DNA from: an uncultured Spirochaetota bacterium
GTDB lineage: Bacteria > Spirochaetota > Brevinematia > Brevinematales > JAOACQ01
Reading direction: 5' to 3'
Assembly (NCBI GenBank): GCA_963835575.1
Contig: CAWIGG010000005.1
Span: 288,001-352,000, forward strand
DNA: 64,000 nt
Made by a program: the position numbers and the translations under genes. Under the pieces are notes generated by a model. The model did not search any database and was not told the origin of the DNA. It saw nothing but the letters and a program-made list of their open reading frames with translations. This document shows, in pieces, positions 10,292 through 19,209 of the stretch. Numbering within the stretch: position 1 is the stretch's first letter; each line of letters opens with the position of its first letter.

Positions 10292-10841
10292 AAACTCTAC
10301 CTCATTAAATAAATAAGAAAAAGAAACTTCACTAAATTATTCTAATAATAATTTTTTAAATTAAAATTCAGTATTTATCCTTCAAGATTATACACCTTTT
10401 GACATATAAAAATCCAAGCTTTTTTAACATTTTTATTTTCAATCAATTTCAATTTATAATTCTAGCTGTGAAAAATATCATTATTGGACTGTTATGTGAA
10501 TAATATCACTGTTCATTTGTTTGTTAAAAAATAGTCTAATACATCTAAAAACCATTCCCCATACCAATTTTTAAAGTCCTATTTATGCTTTTCAGTAATT
10601 TTATTCCTGACAAGATCATCTAACCAGTATGAATTAAATTAATGTATAATATATGACCTTGGATGACTTGCAAAATTACTGATTTTTTGTCAAATTCTTC
10701 TTTTTTGCTATTTTACAATAAGGTTTTAATTTTTTATTTATTAATTTGAACAATCTGTATATGTTACCTATATGATTCTCATCACCCCACCAATTCCAAA
10801 ATCAATATTAAAGTAAAATAATATAGTTTTTATAAATGTGC

Positions 10842-12237
10842 GAGTTATAATAGAAAGTTGTGTATAGGAATAAATATTATAAAAAAGATGGCGTACCCTC
10901 TATAATTTATTTACGACAATAAACAAAAGGAGGAATACGCCATATGCCGAAGCACAACGAAGATTTTAAGCTCTTACAGGCTTTTAATCAAGATGAAACA
11001 GTAGAATTTTTATGTCTTGAAGAATTGGCAAGGATCGGGGCCAGGGAAATAATCAAGAAGGCTCTGGAAGATGAAATTAATGGGTTTCTTCAGGAGAGAG
11101 AGCATTTAACTATCGAAGACGGGAGAAAGGCAATAGTAAGAAATGGGTATCATAAAGCCCGTCAGATTCTCATTGGTGGAGGGGCTATTGATGTATGTAT
11201 TCCGAGAACAAGGAACCGACTCGGAGGCGACAATTTTCAAAGCCTAATAGTACCGCCGTATATGAGAAAAAGCCTGAGAATTGAGGAAGCCATTCCATTG
11301 TTGTATCTCTATGGAGTCTCAGAGATGGATATGGAGAATGCCTTGAGAGGATTGCTTGGTGAAGAAGCGAAAGGATTATCAGCCTCAAGTATAAGCAGAA
11401 TGAAACAAGGATGGGGTAAAGAATATGATGAGTGGCGGACATCCGATTTAAGCGATAAAAAGTATTGCTATATATGGGTTGACGGCATTTACTTCAATGT
11501 ACAGGGCAGCGAAGACCGTTTATGCACTCTTGTAATGATCGGAGCCAATGAGAATGGTGAAAAGGAGATTATTCTTGTTGAAGAAGGTTACAGAGAGAAT
11601 TCCGAGACTTGGTTAGGGATATTAAGAAACCTAAAAGAAAAAGGTTTGAAAGGTCCTATTCTTTTTATCGGAGACGGAAGCCTTGGATTCTGGAAAGCAG
11701 CCAAAGAAGTATATCCTGAATCCAGATGGCAGAGATGCTGGGTTCATAAGATAAAGAACATTCTAAACAAGCTGCCCAAAGTATTACAGTCAAAGGCAAA
11801 AGAGATGCTTCATGAGATATGCAATGCTCCTGATAAGGATAATGCTATCAAAGCTTTTGAATTATTCCAGGCGGTTTTTAATCCTAAATATCCAGCAGCT
11901 GTCGAATGTTTAGAAAAGGATTGGGAGCTTATGATCGAATTTTATAACTGTCCGGCGGAACATTGGGTACATATCCGTACGACAAACGTAATAGAATCTA
12001 CCTTCTCTACAGTTCGATTAAGAACTAAAAAGATGAGAGGCTGCGGAACCAGGGAAACGATTCTAATAATGGTCTATAAATTACTGGATAAGGCATCCAG
12101 GCGATGGAGAAAATTAAGAGGTTATGAAAAGATTAGCCTTGTATTGGAAGGCGCTGTTTTTGAGAACGGAGAGCTTGTAAAAAAGGCAGCATAAAAAAAT
12201 GAGAGGGTATGTCATACACAACATTTGACAAAAACTC
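10842..12237 (+). mobile_element. IS256-family insertion sequence
   Basis: Imperfect IRs GAGTTATAATAGAAAGTTGTGTAT / GAGTTTTTGTCAAATGTTGTGTAT; no target duplication seen. Confidence 0.85.
10944..12194 (+). CDS. IS256 (mutator-type) transposase
   Basis: RNGY, YIWVDGIY, IGDGSLGFW, QRCWVHK, IRTTNVIES. Confidence 0.95.
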   Translation: MPKHNEDFKLLQAFNQDETVEFLCLEELARIGAREIIKKALEDEINGFLQEREHLTIEDGRKAIVRNGYHKARQILIGGGAIDVCIPRTRNRLGGDNFQSLIVPPYMRKSLRIEEAIPLLYLYGVSEMDMENALRGLLGEEAKGLSASSISRMKQGWGKEYDEWRTSDLSDKKYCYIWVDGIYFNVQGSEDRLCTLVMIGANENGEKEIILVEEGYRENSETWLGILRNLKEKGLKGPILFIGDGSLGFWKAAKEVYPESRWQRCWVHKIKNILNKLPKVLQSKAKEMLHEICNAPDKDNAIKAFELFQAVFNPKYPAAVECLEKDWELMIEFYNCPAEHWVHIRTTNVIESTFSTVRLRTKKMRGCGTRETILIMVYKLLDKASRRWRKLRGYEKISLVLEGAVFENGELVKKAA

Positions 12238-12282
12238 CATCAAAATAACATAAGAAGTTAATTTATTAACAATTTAATTTTT

Positions 12283-12311
12283 TTGCATAATATTAGTCAA
12301 TTGTATAAAAT
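12283..12311 (+). promoter_or_regulatory. Possible sigma70 promoter of the four-gene operon
   Basis: TTGCAT-N17-TAAAAT; AT-rich context weakens the call. Confidence 0.35.
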
Positions 12312-12355
12312 ATCCCTATATAAATAAATATTATAGAGTATTTGGAGGGGATAAA

Positions 12356-12943
12356 ATGAATAAACTAAAGCTTACAGGGAAACATATATTATTATTACTA
12401 TTATATTCGCCTGGTATAGAGAATAACATAAATGAACCAATTAAAGGTCGAACAAGATTAATAAAAATGATGTTTTTATTTAATGAAGAGATAAAAAAGT
12501 CTTTTCTTTCTGATTCAAAAATAGAAATTGAAAAATATCAAGCGTTTTATCCCTGGGACTATGGGCCGTTTTCTAAAGAAATCTATGATGATATAGAGTT
12601 TTTTATTAATAATCGTTTCATTAAAAGTGCATTTTCACCGGATAGTATGATGGATTTTGAAGTAGATGAACTTGAAAATTGGGCAAATAGTGTATATTTA
12701 GAAACAGATAAAAACACTTTATTAAGTGACCAGAACGAAGAAGAATTTTTATTGACAGATAGGGGTATTAAATTTGTAGAAGAGAAGATTAAAAATATTC
12801 TTTCTACAAATCAAATTGATATATTAAGAAAGTTTAAAAAAAATATTAGTGAAACATCTCTTTTCGCTATATTGAGATATATCTATATGAAATACCCGGA
12901 TTATACAACGAAATCAAAGATCAAGAATAATGTATTAATATAA
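12356..12943 (+). CDS. Panacea/SocA (DUF4065)/YwgA-like winged-helix protein
   Basis: GRTRLIKMMFL, FYPWDYGPFSKEIYDDI, LTDRG, YIYMKYP; GGAGG RBS. Confidence 0.75.
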   Translation: MNKLKLTGKHILLLLLYSPGIENNINEPIKGRTRLIKMMFLFNEEIKKSFLSDSKIEIEKYQAFYPWDYGPFSKEIYDDIEFFINNRFIKSAFSPDSMMDFEVDELENWANSVYLETDKNTLLSDQNEEEFLLTDRGIKFVEEKIKNILSTNQIDILRKFKKNISETSLFAILRYIYMKYPDYTTKSKIKNNVLI

Positions 12944-12952
12944 AAGGAATTT

Positions 12953-13498
12953 ATGGGAAATAATATTATTAGTTTTATTCCACTTTTTTTAGCTTTTTTT
13001 AGTTTATTAATATCTGAAATGCTTAAAAGCAAAAGAAGCTCAGAAATTACTTTAAAATATCGTTTTTTTAATTCACTTATTATAGATAAATTTGAGGATT
13101 TCATTCATAAAATAACTGAGCACTATTCATCAGAGGTTTTAAGATTAATTACAACTTTAAATCCCGATAAAATTACATTAGATGAATTTATGTTTAAACC
13201 TTTTAATTATGAATACAAAGGGTTTTATAAAGAATATGAAAAACTTGAAGAAAGAAAAATTTCTTTAAACAGGGCTTTATATAGAATTCAAATATTTAGA
13301 TTTATTTTTTTAGTTATTTTAACTATTGTTTTACTATTGTTTATTTTTAACTTAATAATTCAATCGCCTATTTTTAATTATATAAATATAATAGTTGCAA
13401 TTATAATTTTTATTATTATGCTTATCTATATGATGGATTATATTCGAATTAGTAATAAATTAGATGATATTGAGAAAGATTATGACTTTTCAAAGTGA
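12953..13498 (+). CDS. Membrane protein (one N-terminal, two C-terminal TM helices)
   Basis: Hydrophobic segments; tightly coupled to both neighbours. Confidence 0.7.
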   Translation: MGNNIISFIPLFLAFFSLLISEMLKSKRSSEITLKYRFFNSLIIDKFEDFIHKITEHYSSEVLRLITTLNPDKITLDEFMFKPFNYEYKGFYKEYEKLEERKISLNRALYRIQIFRFIFLVILTIVLLLFIFNLIIQSPIFNYINIIVAIIIFIIMLIYMMDYIRISNKLDDIEKDYDFSK

Positions 13499-13889
13499 AA
13501 AAGAATTAGAAGAAATTGCTTTACCTTTTTTTTCTGAAATGAACTTTAAATATCACAGACAAGTTCCTTTATTTAATCGTGTTATCGATTTTGTAGCACT
13601 CGACAATGAAGAAAATGTGATAGGTATTGAATTTAAATTAAAAAATTGGAAAAGAGCTATTTATCAGGTTAAATCAAATATAAATGCATTCGACTATGGT
13701 TATATTTTTATTCCATCAATTGGAAATATGGGTGTTGTTATTGATGAAGCAAAGAATCATGGAATCGGGATATTTTGTTATGATCGAAAAGCGGATACCA
13801 TTAACACATTACTTAAACCAAAAAAGAATAACTTAAAATGGTTGCCTAATATTGAATATTTAAAAACATATTTATTAGGAGCAAAATAA
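13482..13889 (+). CDS. PD-(D/E)XK-family nuclease (MmcB/sce7726-like)
   Basis: SEKEL..QVP..RVIDFV..IGIEFKLKNWKRAIYQ..FDYGYI..GIGI; start probably ATG 13482. Confidence 0.7.
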   Translation: MTFQSEKELEEIALPFFSEMNFKYHRQVPLFNRVIDFVALDNEENVIGIEFKLKNWKRAIYQVKSNINAFDYGYIFIPSIGNMGVVIDEAKNHGIGIFCYDRKADTINTLLKPKKNNLKWLPNIEYLKTYLLGAK

Positions 13890-15238
13890 TGGAATTTAAA
13901 AATGGTGCTTGTCTGCATGTTATGTTATATGGTACATTTAAAGAAAACCAATACTTTTTAGGTGATTATAAAGATTCTTTTGATTTAATTGGATTTAACA
14001 GTAATATTGTCGCTCATGCACCTGATGGAATAGCCGCTTTTGTTTCACAACTTAAAAATAAAAACTATTTTATTGATCCGCAAACCTATGCTTTTACTCA
14101 AAGCGCACGTTATATTAGTAATAAAGATAAAAACGGAAAATGGGCTATAAAAAATTCAATAAAGAAATTAGCCGAACATTATGGTACCATTATTAACGAA
14201 AGGATAAATGAAAAATCCGATTTCACACCTATATTACTAAGTGATTTCGATGAGAAGAAAAGTAAAGAACTCTGTGAAAATGTATTAAATTTTGAATTAA
14301 ATACTTTAGATAACGCTATAAAAAATTCAGATTATAAAGACTTTCTTGTTGATGAGGAAGATAAAGTAATTGAGTTAAAACCAAGTTTTTTAATTGCTCC
14401 ATATTTTTTATTAGACCCAGATAATTTAAACGCAGAAATAATACAAAATAATAATTTTATAAAATATTCAAAAGAATTAATAAAAGATAAACAGATTTTT
14501 GCTGAAATGGTTTTACATGAAGAAATAATAGATAATATAAAATTTACTAATGAAATAATAAAAGGATATGAAAATTGTACTGCTGACGGTATTATTTTAT
14601 GGATTGATAATTTAGAAGAATCTTCTGAACAAATTACTGAAAGTTATTTAAACTCATATATAAATTTCTTAAAAGATATGTTAGTATGTAATAAGCCGAT
14701 TATTTTATTACATGGTAGTTACTTATCGATTATTTTATCGAATAGCAAATACCGGCTTTTAGCAGGTGTCGGACATGGAATTGAGTACGGTGAAAGCAGA
14801 TCCGTAATTCCAGTCGGAGGTGGTGTTCCCACTGCAAAATTCTATTTTCCAAAATTCCATAAAAGGGTTGACTACCATCCAGATGCAGAAAATATATTGT
14901 TAGAAAAGAAATGGGATGATAAACCAGATGAATATTTTAAAAATGTATGTGATTGCAATAAATGCAAAGAAATAATAAAAGAACCTGTTATGGAATGTTT
15001 TAGCTTGTTTGGTCTTACTAAGCCAAGTGATAAAAACAATAAATTATATCCAACATCTGATGCATTAGATTTAAGCAGGAGACATTATTTGAATAACAAA
15101 GTTAAAGAATATGATTATTGCAGAAAAACACAAAACAATGAAATATTAGGCGATTTAGAAAAAAATTGTAAAGTTGCGGATAATATTGTTTCATATTCTT
15201 TTAATCATTTGAGAAAATGGCATAATGTAATTAAGTAA
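13889..15238 (+). CDS. 449-aa putative TIM-barrel protein with CxCxxC..H Zn site (TGT/Beta-protein-like)
   Basis: FIDPQTY, LIAPYF, GIILWID, GHGIEYGE, FYFPKFH, CDCNKC..RRHYL; TAATG coupling with nuclease; product is an inference. Confidence 0.6.
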   Translation: MEFKNGACLHVMLYGTFKENQYFLGDYKDSFDLIGFNSNIVAHAPDGIAAFVSQLKNKNYFIDPQTYAFTQSARYISNKDKNGKWAIKNSIKKLAEHYGTIINERINEKSDFTPILLSDFDEKKSKELCENVLNFELNTLDNAIKNSDYKDFLVDEEDKVIELKPSFLIAPYFLLDPDNLNAEIIQNNNFIKYSKELIKDKQIFAEMVLHEEIIDNIKFTNEIIKGYENCTADGIILWIDNLEESSEQITESYLNSYINFLKDMLVCNKPIILLHGSYLSIILSNSKYRLLAGVGHGIEYGESRSVIPVGGGVPTAKFYFPKFHKRVDYHPDAENILLEKKWDDKPDEYFKNVCDCNKCKEIIKEPVMECFSLFGLTKPSDKNNKLYPTSDALDLSRRHYLNNKVKEYDYCRKTQNNEILGDLEKNCKVADNIVSYSFNHLRKWHNVIK

Positions 15239-15291
15239 AATTTTATACAGCAGATTCTTTTTATTTTTTATGGCTCCCTTCCTTTTATTCC

Positions 15292-15526
15292 CGAGGCCAT
15301 TTTCCGACTGGCCATAATCAGCACATCAAATATCTCGATTTATTGACGTGTCATCCGCTGCTATAATAATAGAAGAGAGACACATGCTTTTGACACGGAT
15401 GTCAAAACCGACGCATAAAGCCATTGGACGGCGACATAAGGAGGCTATTTTAATAAAGAATTGTTTCTCAAAAGCCGGATGACACTCCTCCATACGATCA
15501 GACAGCTTCGTATGAAAATGGCCTCG
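15292..15526. mobile_element. MITE-like 235-bp element
   Basis: Perfect 13-bp terminal IR CGAGGCCATTTTC / GAAAATGGCCTCG; internal palindrome TTTTGACA-CGGA-TGTCAAAA. Confidence 0.5.
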
Positions 15527-15534
15527 AAGGCATC

Positions 15535-15715
15535 TCTGTGAACTCTGTGGCTATCCTGAAAAGAATTGTTACAAATGCAGATTTGTTGCCAATGAAAAAG
15601 ATTTGAATCTAAAAATTCATACTTCCTTCGCGCCTCTTCGCGCGGCTTAGCGGATTACCCCGTCCGTTCCCCACCCCGTTGGTGCTTCTTCGCTCTCTTC
15701 GTATCTTCGTGGTGA
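15535..15715. repeat. Cluster of degenerate 8-10 nt periodic repeats
   Basis: CTCTGTGAACTCTGTGG; CTTCGCGCCTCTTCGCG; CTTCGCTCTCTTCGTATCTTCGTGG. Confidence 0.6.
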
Positions 15716-15731
15716 GTCCACGTAGGCATCT

Positions 15732-16288
15732 CTATACACCCGACCTCAAATTTTTAAACTCATTCTCCCCTATTACTAAATCTTCAAACACCACCCCGCA
15801 CCCAGCGGCGACTGCGCAAAGACCCCCGCCCTGACCCTCTCTTTGAGCCCGAGCGAAAAATACCGCACCATTTCCCAATCCAGGCCATCGATGGAGTAAT
15901 GGACGGCCCAGTAATCGCCTTTTCTCAGGACCCTGATAAAGACCTTATCCGCTTCCGCTTTTTCCCCGTTGCAGTCGTCGGAGACGCCGTTCGTCACCAC
16001 CGTAACGAGGGAAGGATGGCCCAGGTCGGTCAATTCATAAGCGGCCTTTATCCAGTGGCTATCGTCGTCCAGGACCAAAATCCCGCCTGCGTCGTAGGTC
16101 TCTTTAAACCCCGGCGTGATTTTCGCCTGGATGATAAAATCACCCTCGACATCATTATAATAGAAGGGCGCGTTATGCATGTCATAACCGGACAGTTTGT
16201 CGATAAAATAATCGGTCTTTCCCCCGGCATCGATTTTGAAGGAATCGCCGTCGATTTTCTCGATTTTGTAGCCGTTCAGAAAATTCAT
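15732..16288 (-). CDS. DUF1349 (concanavalin-like) protein, frameshifted near its C-terminus
   Basis: KTDYF, YDAGG, HWIKAAYE, SLVTVVTNGVSDD, YSIDGLDW, AQSP; tail VVFEDLVIGENEFKNLRSGV lies in another frame ending at 15732. Confidence 0.8.
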
Positions 16289-16444
16289 ATAATGCTCCTT
16301 GAAGGATTTGTTTCAAAAATTATAATTTATTTAACGCCGGGAAGGCAAATATTTAAAGAACAAAATCACAGCAGGATACTTCTGTTATGCGGCCAATTCA
16401 GGCGAAGCAGATATATTTTTCATTTATAAAACGCTCTTTACTAT

Positions 16445-16532
16445 TTCGACAGACTTGTGCTGAGCCTGTCGAAGCATTGCTTCGCACAGAAGTCGGCGGC
16501 AAAGGAGGGGGCATGGCGCTCGCAATGACGGC
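16445..16532. repeat. Nested REP-like palindromic repeats
   Basis: GTGCTGAGCCTGTCGAAGCA unit next to TTGCTTCGC...GCTCGCAATGACGG unit. Confidence 0.55.
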
Positions 16533-17318
16533 TTTTGAGTGGAGTGGCTTTAATTGCTTCTGTATTACAGGGCATAGCCCCATTCCATGCCATTCCGCAC
16601 CCTTCCGTGAAATTCTGTTTCCCCATCGGTCTGTCTTAAAAAGAAAGAATTGTCATTTAAAACAAAGGAAACGAATTGAATCCAAACTCTCATATCTACT
16701 TTTTGTGCTCTTTGTGACCCTTATAAAAAGGAAAACTGTGACAAAATTCACCGTTCAATAATAGTCTCTGTGAACTTTGTGTTTAAAATTGAAGGAAATG
16801 TTTTATAAAAAGTATGTTGTTAATAATCAAGAATTAAAACAAAAAATCCACCCATCTTCGCGTCCATTCGCGTGTATTCGCGGATTATCCCTTTGACTTC
16901 CCCTTATCCGCCTCAAATTCAAGATTGAAGAACCAATGTCCGAAATAGTTTCCGGGGCCGTCTCCGGTAATCACGGTCTGTAACGGCACGGCTGGAAACG
17001 AGGGTATCCATCGGTTTTTTTGTGTTTTTTAATGCCGTGAATTATAATTCTTATTCCCGGTTTTATTTTTATAAAATCAGGGTATATTATAAGAGTAAAA
17101 AACGGTAATTAGAAAATATAAGGTAATAATTAAAAATATTTATTTATGAAAAATGACTGTTATGAACAACCCGATGGGCTTTCTTATCAGATACAGCGCA
17201 CGCTGTCCGTTTTCATTTCAGCGGCAGTTCAATACTGATTATTACCTTTGCATAACGATTAAAAAAAAGACAAAACCCACCCGGATGGTGTTCCGGGGAA
17301 AAAATATAGGAGTTGATT

Positions 17319-19187
17319 ATGAAGAAATATTATGTCATGCTGGCTTTCATCGGAGCGCTGCTGGTTTCCTGCGGTAAGAACCAGCAGATCGATAAAATCA
17401 TTGTAAACGACTTAAAAGAGCAGAAACAGACGGAAATCGTTCTCAAAACCGATACCAGCATCTACCTTAAGCCCAATAATAAATACGAATTCGATATCTT
17501 CCTCAAAGACATCCAATACAATAAAAACTCGTTTCTCCATATACAGAACAGCACCAGCAAAAACATTCTGTTTACCTATCCCATGAGTTCGATGGGCCTG
17601 AACGGCCGGTATACGGCCGACTTTTTCGCGCCGGAAATATATAAGCCGAAGGAATATTTCATATTCTGGGTCGGAGATCTGTCGGATAAACCGGATAATA
17701 ATGTCTATTCCATCGTGATATCCGGTGAAATTTCTACCAATATGCCCCCGGCCGCCGCGACGGAAACCAACGCCGCCAATGTAACTGCGGCGGCTTCGTC
17801 TAAAGCGGCCTCTTCCGCCGCGCCGAAAGAAAAAGCGGCCGTAGAGGAAAAGAACAAGCCGATCCAGGAGAATATTGTTCAGCCGAAAGGCGGATTTTAT
17901 ATCACTTCCGTGTCCTGCATTAATGTCACCAAAGGCGGGACGGAAACAAGCATGTGGAATAACTGCGAATATAATTTCAGAATCGGAGTAGAGAACCCCA
18001 AAGGTGCTATCACGACCCTGACGATTCTCAAAGGCAGCACCAGCTATCTGGATCTCGACCTAGTCAGGAAAAAAGGCTTTTACGTCACCGATGCCCCTCA
18101 TAAATTCCAGCCGGGAAAGTACACGTTCCGCGTCATTGACGAGAATGATATCCAGAGCAAGGGGTATTTTGTCATCTGCAAGCATGTTACCGTGACCCCC
18201 CCGGTCATCGACATCAACACTTCCGACGCATCCATCTTCAACTTTACGAGCGGGAGAAATTACAACTTCCGGTGCAAGATTACCGATCCTTCCGGCGTCA
18301 GCAAGGCGGAGATCAAATTGAGCGACGGGACCAAGGATCAGACGTTAAAACTCGAAAGGAACAGGGACAACTACTGGCAGGCAGACAATATACAGTTTAG
18401 CGACAGCGCAACTTCGGTCAAAGCGACGGTAACCGCCTGGAATATTGATAACGATTCCCCCGGCGACGAAGTACATTCTGTCAAAAGCTTCACCATAAAA
18501 AAATCTTTTTACCTGACGAATAATATCCGGATGATCGCAAACGGCCAGCCGGCCAGGAACATCACGCTGCTGATACAGAGGCAGGGAGTCTCAAAGAACG
18601 AGATCAAAAAAACCGACGATAACGGAGAATTCCTCCTGGCCGGATTGAACGGGGAAAAAATCGATTTCTGGCAGGATACCGACAGCTCGAAGATATTCAG
18701 CGTTAAAATCAAAAAAGACCGGAACAATTTGAAATTCGAACTGAAATCCGAGCCCATCAAGCAGAAATTGACCCTGAATATAACCGTTCTGGATAAGAGC
18801 ATCATAAAAAATCCCTTTAAGCTGAAATTTGACGCCTATATCATCCCGAAGCCCGATAAGATCATTAAATTCAGCGAGGAGACGGTAAGCCAGCTTTCGA
18901 ATGTCTTCAAGTACGAGACGATCATAGACAGCAAACAGATCGCCGATGCTTTATCCGGGAATAAGGCGAAAATCACCGTCAACACCTTTTTCAAGAAACA
19001 GAACGGCGTCCTGTATCAAAACGTAAATTATTCCTGGGCTTACATTGTTACGGTCCAGGGAAACGATAAAATTTCCGTGGAAGGAAATTCCCAGCGCTTC
19101 GGAATAGTCAATTTCCCCATTGAAGCGGTCAATGCCCCGGAAATAACGCTCAATGCCGAAGACTCCGGGATTGAAGATTTGAAATAA
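17319..19187 (+). CDS. Large lipoprotein with Ala/Ser linker and Ig-like beta domains
   Basis: MKKYYVMLAFIGALLVSC lipobox; AGGAG RBS; PPVID..KITDPSGVSKA Ig-like signature. Confidence 0.8.
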   Translation: MKKYYVMLAFIGALLVSCGKNQQIDKIIVNDLKEQKQTEIVLKTDTSIYLKPNNKYEFDIFLKDIQYNKNSFLHIQNSTSKNILFTYPMSSMGLNGRYTADFFAPEIYKPKEYFIFWVGDLSDKPDNNVYSIVISGEISTNMPPAAATETNAANVTAAASSKAASSAAPKEKAAVEEKNKPIQENIVQPKGGFYITSVSCINVTKGGTETSMWNNCEYNFRIGVENPKGAITTLTILKGSTSYLDLDLVRKKGFYVTDAPHKFQPGKYTFRVIDENDIQSKGYFVICKHVTVTPPVIDINTSDASIFNFTSGRNYNFRCKITDPSGVSKAEIKLSDGTKDQTLKLERNRDNYWQADNIQFSDSATSVKATVTAWNIDNDSPGDEVHSVKSFTIKKSFYLTNNIRMIANGQPARNITLLIQRQGVSKNEIKKTDDNGEFLLAGLNGEKIDFWQDTDSSKIFSVKIKKDRNNLKFELKSEPIKQKLTLNITVLDKSIIKNPFKLKFDAYIIPKPDKIIKFSEETVSQLSNVFKYETIIDSKQIADALSGNKAKITVNTFFKKQNGVLYQNVNYSWAYIVTVQGNDKISVEGNSQRFGIVNFPIEAVNAPEITLNAEDSGIEDLK

Positions 19188-19209
19188 CGAAGACACAGGT
19201 TTTACATAA

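Noticed and set aside
16387..16761. ORFs 16387-16761, 16398-16583, 16441-16626 (also 32086-32361 and 45062-45250)
   Set aside because: They run through repeat clusters and have no protein-like motifs
17147..17377. Short ORFs or riboswitch in the leader of the ABC/WD40 operon
   Set aside because: No RBS support and no recognisable riboswitch consensus
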